From positions 416,001 through 480,000 of the forward strand of contig CAVYSW010000010.1 of NCBI GenBank assembly GCA_963771275.1: a stretch of 64,000 nucleotides of DNA. Reading direction: 5' to 3'. This document shows, one piece after another, positions 8,115-17,547 of the stretch. Position numbers and translations under genes: made by a program. Source of the DNA: an uncultured Gemmatimonadales bacterium (GTDB lineage: Bacteria > Gemmatimonadota > Gemmatimonadetes > Gemmatimonadales > GWC2-71-9). The notes under the pieces are model-generated. The model was not told where the DNA came from, did not search any database, and saw only the letters and a list, made by a program, of their open reading frames with translations. Position 1 is the first letter of the stretch; each line of letters starts with the position of its first letter.

Positions 8115-9935
8115 TCATTCCCATTCGATGGTTCCGGGCGGCTTCGATGTCACGTCGAGGGCGAGCCCCGAGACGCCCGGCAACGCGAGGATGGCGTCCC
8201 GCAGTTCGGCGACGAGCCCGGGGGGGAGCTCGACCGGCGCCGCGGTCATGGCGCGCTGCGATTTCACGGGACGGATCACGACCAGTTCGCCGGGGCGCTC
8301 GTCGAGCGTGAGCGGGACGAGGATGGTCGGGCACTGCCAGACATCGTCGTAGATCCCGTGCCGCTCCAGCCCCTCCATCACGAGGTGGTCGGTGTCCCGC
8401 AGCAGATCGAGCCGCGCGCGGGTCACGGTCGCCCTGATGGCGCGGGCGACGCGCGGCACGGCGGGTCCGAGGTTCCACACGCAGCGGTTGATTCCGGGCA
8501 CGTCGCTCGTGAGCAACGAGACGGCGTCGATCAGCGTGCGCCACGGGACCGTGCCGTGGAGCAGCACCGGATGCTCGTACGCGCGGAGGTCGGCCTTCAC
8601 GCCCACCGACCGGATCGGCAGCGGCAGGGCAGCCAGGCTGAAGCGCCGGGCAATCGCCTCGACCTTGGGAGTGATGGCGTCGAAGTCGGTGCGGTCATCG
8701 GTGCCGTCGCTGCAGAGCAGCCGGATACCCAGGCCCGGGCCCGGGAAGGGATGGCGCCGCAGCATCGCGTCGGGGACACCCAGCTTGGTCCCCAGCTCGC
8801 GGACTTCGACCTTGTACAGCTCCACCAGGGGCTCGATCACGTCGCCGGCGGCCATCATCTCCTCGATGATCGGCACCCGGTTGTGGTGGGTCTTGATCGT
8901 ATCCGCACGGCGGGTTCCCCCGGTCTCGATCGTGTCGGGGTAGATCGTTCCCTGGCCCAGCAGGCGGTCCGCAATGCCGAGTCTCCGGGCCTCATCCTGG
9001 AACACGCGGATGAACGTGTCGCCGATGATGCGCCGCTTCCGCTCCGGGTCGATCACGCCTTCGAGGGCCGTCAGGAAGGTGGTGCTGGCGTCCCGGAAGT
9101 GAAACCGCGATCCCAGTCCGAGATGCTCGAACATCGCCGCGACCTGGCGGCTCTCGTCCTTCCGCATCAGCCCGTTGTCGATGTGCAGCAGGTCCACGCG
9201 ATCGGGACCCAGCGCGCGCCCGATGATCACCGCCGCCACCGTCGAATCCACGCCGCCCGAAGCCAGCAGGAAGACCGATCGGGTGCCCGCCGCCCGCCGC
9301 ACCTTGGCGGTTTCCTCCTCGAGGAACCCGTCCATGGTCCACGTCGCGCGACAGCCGCAGAGGCCGAACACGAAGTTGGCGATCATCCGGTCGCCGTGGA
9401 CGGTGTCGTCCACTTCCGGGTGGAACTGCAAGCCATAGCGCCGCAGCTTGTCGGAGCCGATCGCGGCGAACCGATGGGCCTCCGCTCCGGCCGCCGCGGG
9501 CGTGTGCCCGAGCTCGCGAAACGCCGGTCCGACTGCCACGACGGAGTCGTAGTGGCTCATCCACACCTGCTCGACCGCCGCCAGCCCGGCGAATAGCGGG
9601 TGATCGGCGGCGAGATGGAGGTCGGTGCGCCCCCATTCGCGCCCGCCGTGGATCACGGTGCCGCCATAGTGCTTGGCGATCTCCTGATGGCCGAAGCAGA
9701 GGCCGAGGATCGGGGTGTCGAGGTCGTAGATCTCCTTGGTGTAGATCGAGTCCTCGCCGTACGCTGACAGGCTTGGGCTGCCGGAGATGATGATGCCGCG
9801 GTACGGTCGAAAGGCGTCGAGCGGATCTTCCGGCTGGCGGATCTCCGCAAGGACGCCGAGGCGGCGCACCTTGGTGGCGATCAGGTGCGCATACTGGCCG
9901 CCGAAATCGATGACGGCGATGGCGTCGTGTTTCAT
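8115..9935 (-). CDS. guaA: GMP synthase (glutamine-hydrolysing), long form
   Basis: IDFGGQY, LGLCFGHQ, QFHPEV, SGGVDS, IKTHHN, RHPFPGPGL and SKPPGTIEWE; ATG at 9935. Confidence 0.93.
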   Translation of the reverse strand: MKHDAIAVIDFGGQYAHLIATKVRRLGVLAEIRQPEDPLDAFRPYRGIIISGSPSLSAYGEDSIYTKEIYDLDTPILGLCFGHQEIAKHYGGTVIHGGREWGRTDLHLAADHPLFAGLAAVEQVWMSHYDSVVAVGPAFRELGHTPAAAGAEAHRFAAIGSDKLRRYGLQFHPEVDDTVHGDRMIANFVFGLCGCRATWTMDGFLEEETAKVRRAAGTRSVFLLASGGVDSTVAAVIIGRALGPDRVDLLHIDNGLMRKDESRQVAAMFEHLGLGSRFHFRDASTTFLTALEGVIDPERKRRIIGDTFIRVFQDEARRLGIADRLLGQGTIYPDTIETGGTRRADTIKTHHNRVPIIEEMMAAGDVIEPLVELYKVEVRELGTKLGVPDAMLRRHPFPGPGLGIRLLCSDGTDDRTDFDAITPKVEAIARRFSLAALPLPIRSVGVKADLRAYEHPVLLHGTVPWRTLIDAVSLLTSDVPGINRCVWNLGPAVPRVARAIRATVTRARLDLLRDTDHLVMEGLERHGIYDDVWQCPTILVPLTLDERPGELVVIRPVKSQRAMTAAPVELPPGLVAELRDAILALPGVSGLALDVTSKPPGTIEWE

Positions 9936-10016
9936 GGCGGCGGAGCTTAGACGGTCGGAGGGGGACGGGGAAGGGGAGGTCGTGGCAGACGGGAGAGGTC
10001 GGTAGATTCCAACGGC

Positions 10017-10616
10017 ATGCCGTTTCCGGAGGTCTGTTCGGTGCAAGGAGATCTGCCGCACCCGACGCTCAGCCCCGACGACAAGCGAGCATTGCTCGCC
10101 CTCGCCCGTGAGACTCTCGCGGTGTACCTGAGGAGCGGCCGCTATCCACCGAATCGCACGACCACGCCCGCGCTGCTGGCACCAGGTGCCGTGTTCGTCA
10201 CACTGCGCCGGCGCGACACGCGCGACCTGCGCGGCTGCCGCGGGGAAATCGTGCCGCGCACGCCCCTGGCGGACGCGGTTCAGCGCATGGTCATCGCCTC
10301 GGCGCGCGATGATCCGCGGTTCCCCGCCGTCACGCCGGAGGAGGTGCCGCAGCTCCACATCGAGATCAGTGCGCTCACGTCGCTTGCCCCGATTCGCCCC
10401 GAGGAGGTCATCGTCGGCAAGCACGGGCTGATGATCAGCCAACGGGGGCGAGGGGGCCTCCTCCTGCCGCAGGTGCCGGTGGAGCAGGGGTGGGACCGGG
10501 AGACGTTCCTTCGGTGGACGTGTCGCAAGGCTGGTCTGCCGGATGACGCGTGGGCGTCCCCCGACGCGGAACTCAAGGCATTCGAGTGCGTCGTGTGGGG
10601 TGAGCCGGACGAGTGA
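10017..10616 (+). CDS. AMMECR1-domain protein (AmmeMemoRadiSam protein A-like)
   Basis: GAVFVTL...LRGCRG, DPRF, IEISAL, LLLPQV and KAGL motifs. Confidence 0.9.
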   Translation: MPFPEVCSVQGDLPHPTLSPDDKRALLALARETLAVYLRSGRYPPNRTTTPALLAPGAVFVTLRRRDTRDLRGCRGEIVPRTPLADAVQRMVIASARDDPRFPAVTPEEVPQLHIEISALTSLAPIRPEEVIVGKHGLMISQRGRGGLLLPQVPVEQGWDRETFLRWTCRKAGLPDDAWASPDAELKAFECVVWGEPDE

Positions 10617-10645
10617 GCGCAGTAACCGCAGGGTGCTCACGGCCA

Positions 10646-10674
10646 TTTACATGACCTACTCATGTATTTATCGT
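10646..10674 (+). promoter_or_regulatory. Sigma70-like promoter overlapped by a palindromic operator
   Basis: TTTACA-N17-TATCGT with perfect TACATGA-N5-TCATGTA at 10648-10666, in an AT-rich patch. Confidence 0.55.
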
Positions 10675-10708
10675 TATTAATCGACTCCGTTGACCTGCTG
10701 GGGGGACC

Positions 10709-11263
10709 ATGAAAGCCACCGAGATCCTGAGGGACGAGCACCGCGTCATTGAGCGGGTGCTGGATGCGCTGGAAGCCGGGGCGGATCGCGTGGATCGCGG
10801 CGCCGCGATCGATCCCGCGTTCTTCCTCGACGCGGCCGAGTTCATTCGCGGTTTCGCCGACGGCTGCCATCACCACAAGGAGGAGGGCGTCCTGTTTGTG
10901 GCGATGAACGCCGCCGGCATGCCGACCCAGGGAGGGCCGATCGGGGTGATGCTCACCGAGCACGAGGAGGCCAGGGCGCTCACGCGGGCGTTGCGCGACG
11001 GGGCCCAGCGCATGGAGGCCGGTGATCGGGTGGCAGGCGCCCAGGTGGTGAACGCCGCGCGGGGGTACGTGCGTCTCCTTCGCGCACACATCCAGAAGGA
11101 AGACCAGATCCTGTTTCCGATGGCGGACCAGCTGATTCCCCCGTCGCAACATGCCCGGGTCGAGCAGGAGTTCGATCGGGTGGAGCGCGAGGAGTCCGGC
11201 GCGGATGCCCACAGGAAATACCACGCGCTGGCGGAAGAGCTCGAGCGGATGGCGCGCAGCTGA
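10709..11263 (+). CDS. Hemerythrin/HHE cation-binding domain protein
   Basis: EH, HHHKEE, EHEE and HIQKED..LFP motifs. Confidence 0.9.
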   Translation: MKATEILRDEHRVIERVLDALEAGADRVDRGAAIDPAFFLDAAEFIRGFADGCHHHKEEGVLFVAMNAAGMPTQGGPIGVMLTEHEEARALTRALRDGAQRMEAGDRVAGAQVVNAARGYVRLLRAHIQKEDQILFPMADQLIPPSQHARVEQEFDRVEREESGADAHRKYHALAEELERMARS

Positions 11264-11369
11264 CTTGCCCGGGGTGATTCGCCGACCCGGGTCTCGCACA
11301 CTTGGCGCGGTCCGGCGCAGCCCAGTGGTATCGGGCGGACCCGCTGGACCGATCCGCGCCGGCACGTCG

Positions 11370-11398
11370 TTGAACCGCGGTGTACCCCCGATTACGAT
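11370..11398 (+). promoter_or_regulatory. Sigma70-like promoter of the transporter gene
   Basis: TTGAAC-N17-TACGAT followed by GGGAG RBS at 11424. Confidence 0.5.
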
Positions 11399-11433
11399 TT
11401 GGCGAGCCGTATGTCCCCAACCAGGGAGTGATC

Positions 11434-12849
11434 GTGGTGCTTGCCACGTTGCAGAGTCTCCTGGCAGTGCAGGAAGCGGCCCATGCCGGCGCGGAGTCGA
11501 TCGGCGGGCGGCTGCCCCTCATCACCGTCGTGCCGTTTGCGCTGCTCCTGCTCGTCATCGCCGTCACGCCGCTGATCCATGGGCACTTCTGGGAGAGCAA
11601 CCGCAACAAAGCCATCGTTGCGGCCATCATCTCGGTGCCGGTGGCCATCTACCTGGCGGTCGCCTGGGGACCTGAAGGCCGACTGCTGCTCGAGGAGAAG
11701 CTCTCGGAGTACGCGTCGTTCATCATCCTCCTCGCCGCGCTGTTCGTGATCAGCGGGGGGATCTACCTCCAGGGCTCCTTTGCCGGCACCCCGCTCGTCA
11801 ACACCGTCTTCCTCGGTATCGGCGCGGTGTTCGCGAACCTCATCGGGACGACGGGCGCGTCGGTGCTGCTCGTCCGCCCGCTGCTGCGCGCGAACAAGAC
11901 GCGCCAGCGCAAGGGCCACATCGTCATCTTCTTCATCTTCGTCGTCGCCAACTGCGCCGGGCTGCTGACCCCGCTGGGTGATCCACCGCTGTTTCTGGGA
12001 TTCCTGAAGGGCGTGCCGTTCGAGTGGACGCTGCGACTCTGGCCCCAGTGGCTGCTGGTGAATGCCATTCTCCTCGTGGTGTTCAACGTGTGGGATCAGG
12101 TGGTGTTCGACCGCGAGGAGAAGGAGCGCCCGGGCTCGCAGCTCGAGCAGGTGATGAAGCACGAGCCGTTCAAGATCCACGGCTGGCACAACGGCCTGTA
12201 CCTCCTTGGGATCATTGGCACCGTGCTGGCGGCGGGGGAGGGACTCGGGTTCGGCGGTGAGCCCTGGCCCTTCGGGGTGAAGGAAGCGCTGATGGCGCTG
12301 CTCGCCATCGCGGCCTACGCCACGACCTCCACCAATCATCGCAAGCGCAACGAGTTCACCTTCGGGCCGATCATCGAAGTGGCCGTGCTGTTCATCGGGA
12401 TCTTCATCACCATGGCCCCGGCGCTCGCGATCCTCAACGCGTGGGGCCAGGGGCAGCGCGACGTGCTCGGCATGGGCTTCGGCCTGCACCGGACCTGGCA
12501 CTTCTTCTGGGCCACGGGAGGCCTGTCGAGCTTCCTGGACAACGCCCCCACGTACTTGACGTTCTCGGCGACCGCCGCGGGTCTGGACGGGATCACCGCG
12601 GAGGGGCGCTTCCTCGAGGAGCTGCTCCGGGTGGGCGCCGGCGGCGCGGGGCTGCTCACCGCGATTTCGTGCGGGGCGGTGCTGATGGGTGCGAACACGT
12701 ACATCGGGAACGGCCCCAACTTCATGGTGAAGGCGATCGCCGAGGAGAACGGCGTCAAGATGCCGAGCTTCTTCGGCTATATGGCGTACAGCCTGACGAT
12801 TCTGATCCCGATCTTCATCGTCGTGACGCTCGTGTTCTTCCGGGCGTAG
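11434..12849 (+). CDS. Ion transporter (IT superfamily; putative Na+/H+ antiporter or CitMHS-like)
   Basis: Many TM helices; LTPLGDPPLFLG, SSFLDNAPTY and TYIGNGPNFMVK; start placed after the RBS. Confidence 0.82.
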   Translation: MVLATLQSLLAVQEAAHAGAESIGGRLPLITVVPFALLLLVIAVTPLIHGHFWESNRNKAIVAAIISVPVAIYLAVAWGPEGRLLLEEKLSEYASFIILLAALFVISGGIYLQGSFAGTPLVNTVFLGIGAVFANLIGTTGASVLLVRPLLRANKTRQRKGHIVIFFIFVVANCAGLLTPLGDPPLFLGFLKGVPFEWTLRLWPQWLLVNAILLVVFNVWDQVVFDREEKERPGSQLEQVMKHEPFKIHGWHNGLYLLGIIGTVLAAGEGLGFGGEPWPFGVKEALMALLAIAAYATTSTNHRKRNEFTFGPIIEVAVLFIGIFITMAPALAILNAWGQGQRDVLGMGFGLHRTWHFFWATGGLSSFLDNAPTYLTFSATAAGLDGITAEGRFLEELLRVGAGGAGLLTAISCGAVLMGANTYIGNGPNFMVKAIAEENGVKMPSFFGYMAYSLTILIPIFIVVTLVFFRA

Positions 12850-12952
12850 CGCCTGGTGACGGGACGCCCGGCCTCCGGTCCATCGGGGGCCGGGCGTGTG
12901 CTTTCAAGGATGGCGCGCAGCCAGGTCGCGCGCGACCCGTGCTCGCCATGCG

Positions 12953-15900
12953 CTACCGCGCGCGGAGAATCAGCAGCCACCCTCTCCCTGGTGCGATGGG
13001 GATGGCCTGATCCGGTGCGAAGATCGCCGCGTCCTGGAAGTTCTCGATTGCCGGTGCGGTGAGAGTGACGCGCGCGGGATCCATGCCGAGGGCCTGCCAG
13101 TCGATCGCGAGACGCAGCGGCACCTCGCTCGGCGCCCAGCTCCCGATCGCAATCAACACCCGGTCGGGCCGCACGTATGCCGTGGCGAGCACGTCGGCGC
13201 GATCGGAGCGCACCGGACCGTTCGGCACCCAGCATCCGATCATGCGGCTTCCCACCATGCCGAACTCGTCCCAAACCCTCCACAGAGGGCGCGGGTCGCC
13301 GGCCCACGGGAGCCGGTTGGTCATGCCGAACAGCATGCCACGCCAGGGGTTGCCGCCCTTCTCGAGCATCTCACCCATCAGCCCGAACGGAATGCCCGAC
13401 ACTTCGGTCAGCCAGTAGTCGGGCGGCTGGTCGTAGTCGAAGTACTCGCCGAACCAGAGACGGTCGATGAAGGGGAAGTGCTCGAGATAGAGGTTCGCGC
13501 TGTTGGCGAAGCCGTCGCGCACGTTGAACTGGTTTGCCGAATGGAGGTCGATCAGGGCGCCCGGCCGCCCGCGGTCGAGGATCTTCCGGACCCGTTTCAT
13601 CACGGTGCGGTCGAACGCGACGTCGTCGATGTACAGGCCATCGATCCCGGCGTTCCGCACCAGCCAGTCGAGGCCTTCGAGGTAGAAGTTGTGCCACCGC
13701 GAGACGCCGCTGTTGATCAGCGCGGCGTCACGCAGGTCCGGCACGTACCAGCCCGCGATGTAGTTCCCGTCGAGATGCTCCTGCAGCCACGGCGCCCCTC
13801 CGCCGGGGCCGTACGAGAGGATCTCATCGCCGAGGCTCTTGAGCGCGAACAGCTCCGGAGCGCGGTTCGTGAGCTCGCGGACCGTATAGTAGATCTTGAC
13901 CTTCATACCCAGCACGTGGGCCGAATCCACGTACGCGCGCAGCTCGGGAACGCGCAGGAACGGGTAGTTGATGTACGGGTTCACTGCTGTCGCGTGGTGC
14001 ACGTTCACCACGTTCGCGCCGAGGGCCCGGATGCTGTCCAGCGGGGAGTAGCGATGGTAGAACCGCGTTTGCCATTGCGCGTCCGGATCGATCGGGCGGA
14101 ACGGCGTCACCGTGAGGCGGAAGTCGTAACGCAGGGTGTCGCCGGGAGCCAAAGTGCGCGGGCCGCTGAAGCACCGGACGAGGTAGGTGCCCGAGCGGTC
14201 GTCCGCGAGCCGGCAGCCGCCGCGACCGTCGTTGGCCCAGGAGCGCGGCAGGATCAAAGGCTTGGAGAGGTAGAAGTTCGTGTTGAGCGGGCGCTCGTAG
14301 CGCTCGTCCCGCAGCGCGAATTGGAGTCCGGCGTTCACGTCGCCGAGCCACGCGCCTTCCTGGTTGTGCTTCGCGTCCCATGCCCACGTTAGCGTGTCCG
14401 GCCGCAGCCCGCCCTGGCGTCCCATGCCGAGCATGTAGCGCGCCACGTCGGCGGCGAACGGCAGGTCGAGCCGGATGTCGTCGAGCGCGATAGGCGCGGC
14501 GGTCGAGAGCCCCACCTGGTATTCCATCATGCCGTCGAACTCGAGGCGTGCCGCCACGTGCATCGTGATGGCGTCCGCGGTGTTCGTCGCCTCCCAGGTC
14601 ACGACGCCGGGCGCTCGCCGCGTCACGTGCCAGCCCCCGGCCGTCCACGACAGCGGCGTTCCGCCCCTGAGCGCGACGAGCGCGATCGGCGCCCGGAGCA
14701 TCGCACGGGGCGCGTCCGTCAGCCGCGTCATCTCGACGTGGAAGAAGCTCTCGATGGTGGCGGGAAACCCGAGCGTGTCAAGCGTGATGCGCCGTCCCAG
14801 GATGCCCAGCCGGTTGCGCTCGACGGTGACGGGCGTGTAGGGCGTGACCACGTCGTCATCCACCGCGATCTGGGAATCGAGCCAGCGCAGTCGGGCGAGG
14901 CGCCACGGGTCGTCGTCTCCGTGGTGCGGGATCACCGTCGGCTGCACGTCGATCGCGATCACCACTGTGCGGGCTTCGCCGCCGTCCGCCGCGATCGTGA
15001 GGGTGCCGGCGAACCGTCCGGCTGGCACCGCCTGCGGCACCTGTATGCCGAACCAAAGGGCCTGCACCGCGCCCGCCGCCACGTGCGGCGCGCGCGAGAA
15101 CGGTCGGCCGGTCCAGTCAAGCCCGCCGAAGTTGAACGCCTTGACCTCGCGGGCCGGGATTACGGCGCCATCCGGGCCGCGGAAGTCGCTCGCCGTGACG
15201 CGCAGATCCGCGACGTCCCGTATCGCATAGAGCCCGACCTGGAAGACGTAGAACTCGCCGCGTTGCGCCATCCCCGTGAACGGGTGCTCGGCGCCGGCCA
15301 CGATCCAGCGATGGGGCAGATCGTGCGGCATGCGGATCGGCAGACTGCGGTCCTCCGGGAACAGCAGGAACGCAGTGCCGCCGCTGCGGCGGACGAGCGC
15401 GGCCGTCTCGTCACGGGTCGCGATCAGCTCCATCGGCGTGAACCGGTCCAGCGTGTCCGCCGCCTCGAACCGCACGACGTGCGCGCGTGGCAGGCGTTCG
15501 GCGGCGGCCGTTCGGTCGGCTCCCGCCAGTCCGTGACGGGCGAGCCACGCGGAGGACGCGGTCGAGTCGGGCTCCGGGTACACGGCCTGGGGGTAGTTGG
15601 ATCGTCCCGCCATCGCGTAGGGCAGGAAGTAAATCCAGTAGTCACCGGCGCCCGACGTCGGCTGGAACGCGAGATCGCCTCGTTCTCGTGTGATCGCGAG
15701 CCGCGCGACGTTCAATACGCGTGCATTGGTACGCGCGTCGCGCACGATGATGAGCTTCCGCTCGGGCTCGGCGTCGCGGCGCCGCCAGACGATGCGAGCC
15801 AGGACCGCATCGTGGGTGCCGCTCACACGGACCACGACGCGGTGATTGCCCAGGGAATCGCGATCCCAGGAGCCGGTCCCGTAGCTGACGTCTTGTGCGA

Positions 15901-15982
15901 CGGCCGGGATCGCGGTGATGAACAGGCCGAGGAGCGCCGGGAGGGCTGAGCGGGTCATCATGCAGGGATTCGGAGAGGACAT
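12953..15982 (-). CDS. Large secreted putative glycoside hydrolase (DUF6067-like)
   Basis: Signal peptide; about 1000 aa; HHAT..NPYINYPF, KIYYTVREL and IDGLYIDD motifs; start may be 15961. Confidence 0.72.
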   Translation of the reverse strand: MSSPNPCMMTRSALPALLGLFITAIPAVAQDVSYGTGSWDRDSLGNHRVVVRVSGTHDAVLARIVWRRRDAEPERKLIIVRDARTNARVLNVARLAITRERGDLAFQPTSGAGDYWIYFLPYAMAGRSNYPQAVYPEPDSTASSAWLARHGLAGADRTAAAERLPRAHVVRFEAADTLDRFTPMELIATRDETAALVRRSGGTAFLLFPEDRSLPIRMPHDLPHRWIVAGAEHPFTGMAQRGEFYVFQVGLYAIRDVADLRVTASDFRGPDGAVIPAREVKAFNFGGLDWTGRPFSRAPHVAAGAVQALWFGIQVPQAVPAGRFAGTLTIAADGGEARTVVIAIDVQPTVIPHHGDDDPWRLARLRWLDSQIAVDDDVVTPYTPVTVERNRLGILGRRITLDTLGFPATIESFFHVEMTRLTDAPRAMLRAPIALVALRGGTPLSWTAGGWHVTRRAPGVVTWEATNTADAITMHVAARLEFDGMMEYQVGLSTAAPIALDDIRLDLPFAADVARYMLGMGRQGGLRPDTLTWAWDAKHNQEGAWLGDVNAGLQFALRDERYERPLNTNFYLSKPLILPRSWANDGRGGCRLADDRSGTYLVRCFSGPRTLAPGDTLRYDFRLTVTPFRPIDPDAQWQTRFYHRYSPLDSIRALGANVVNVHHATAVNPYINYPFLRVPELRAYVDSAHVLGMKVKIYYTVRELTNRAPELFALKSLGDEILSYGPGGGAPWLQEHLDGNYIAGWYVPDLRDAALINSGVSRWHNFYLEGLDWLVRNAGIDGLYIDDVAFDRTVMKRVRKILDRGRPGALIDLHSANQFNVRDGFANSANLYLEHFPFIDRLWFGEYFDYDQPPDYWLTEVSGIPFGLMGEMLEKGGNPWRGMLFGMTNRLPWAGDPRPLWRVWDEFGMVGSRMIGCWVPNGPVRSDRADVLATAYVRPDRVLIAIGSWAPSEVPLRLAIDWQALGMDPARVTLTAPAIENFQDAAIFAPDQAIPIAPGRGWLLILRAR

Positions 15983-16254
15983 GGGTGCGGACCGTCCGAC
16001 CGCGTTGGATAACTACCCAGGTCGGAGGGATGTGTAAACCGCGCGCGCTTCCCGCCGTCGCGGTGGCGGCATCAGGACCGCACACCGGGGCTCGGGCCGC
16101 CCACGCGGCCCCCGCTTGCCGGGTCGCTCGGGCCTGTGCAGGTTACGCATTCGATTCCCATGTTGGAGCCTCACCGGGAGCGTGACAATGGCAGGACGCT
16201 GCGTGCCACCGGGTGCGCGGATGCGGAGCATGGCGCGGGAATGGGGGCCGTGAC

Positions 16255-17542
16255 GTGAGCTCGGTTTCCGGTCCCGATCGCGGAACCATCGAAGCCGCGG
16301 CGGACGTGCTGGCCGGACGGAGCCGGAAGGGCGTCTTCCAGCGCCTGCTGCCGTTCCTCGGCCCGGCGTTCATCGCGAGCGTGGCCTACATCGATCCCGG
16401 CAACTTTGCGACCAACATTCAGGGCGGCGCCAAGTTCGGCTACACCCTGCTGTGGGTCATCGTCGCCAGCAACCTGATGGCGATGCTGCTGCAGGCGCTG
16501 TCCGCGAAGCTCGGCATCGCCAGCGGCAAGAACCTCGCCGAAGTGTGCCGCGAGCGCTCTCCCGCGCTGGCTCACGCTCACCATGTGGGCGCTGATGGAG
16601 ATCGTGGCGATGGCCACCGACCTGGCCGAGTTCCTGGGCGCCGCGGTCGGCTTCAATCTCCTGTTCGGCATTCCGCTATGGCTCGCGGGGCTCTTCACCG
16701 CGGTCGTCACGATGCTGATTCTGGGCCTCGAGCGCTATGGGTTCCGGCCGGTCGAGGCGGTGATCGGCGTCCTGGTCGGGATTGTGGGGGTCAGCTACGT
16801 GATCGAGACGTTCCTGGACCGCCCCGATCTGCTCGACGTTTTCCGCAGCGCGGTGACGCCCCGGTTCGCGGGGTCGGAGAGCGTGCTGCTCGCGACCGGC
16901 ATCCTCGGCGCCACCGTGATGCCCCACGTGATCTTCCTGCACTCGGCGCTCACGCAGGGCCGCATCCGGGTCGCCGACCCCGTGCGGCTGCGGCGGCTGT
17001 TCCGCTTCGAGCTGGTGGATGTCGCCATCGCGATGACCCTGGCGGGGCTCGTGAACGCGGCGATGCTCATCATGGCCGCGGCCACGTTCCATAAGACCGG
17101 GCTCACCGACATCGCGACCCTCGAGGAGGCGCATCGGACCCTGGCCCCGCTCCTGGGGCACGCGGCCTCGTGGATCTTCGCGATCTCGCTGCTCGCGTCC
17201 GGCCTGTCGTCGGCGTCGGTGGGGACGATGTCCGGCCAGGTGATCATGCAGGGGTTTCTCCGACGGCGCATCCCCATCTGGCTCCGCCGGCTGGTCACCA
17301 TGACCCCTTCGCTGGTGGTCATCGCGATCGGGTTCGACCCCACGCGGACGCTCGTGCTGAGTCAAGTGGTGCTGAGCTTCGGCCTGCCGTTCGCCGTGAT
17401 TCCGTTGCTCGTGTTCACGAGCCGGCGCGACGTGATGGGCGTACTCGTGAACCGGCGGACGACGATCGTGGCGACGACGCTGGTCGCCGGGCTCATCGTC
17501 GCGCTGAACATGCTGCTGCTCTACGACACCTTCTTCGGGTAG
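16255..17542 (+). pseudogene. mntH: Nramp-family Mn2+/Fe2+ transporter with a +1 frameshift near 16558
   Basis: YIDPGN lies in one frame; ATDLAE and GATVMPH lie in the next; removing one base restores continuity. Confidence 0.85.
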
Positions 17543-17547
17543 GGCCC

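Noticed and set aside
9957..9980. G-rich tract as a G-quadruplex in the guaA/AMMECR1 divergent region
   Set aside because: Only three long G runs; unremarkable at this GC content and partly explained as a KOPS-like octamer.
11264..11430. Na+/Li+ riboswitch ahead of the ion transporter
   Set aside because: The GC hairpins (about 11268-11360) lie upstream of the predicted promoter at 11370-11398, so they would not be in the leader; no recognisable aptamer consensus.
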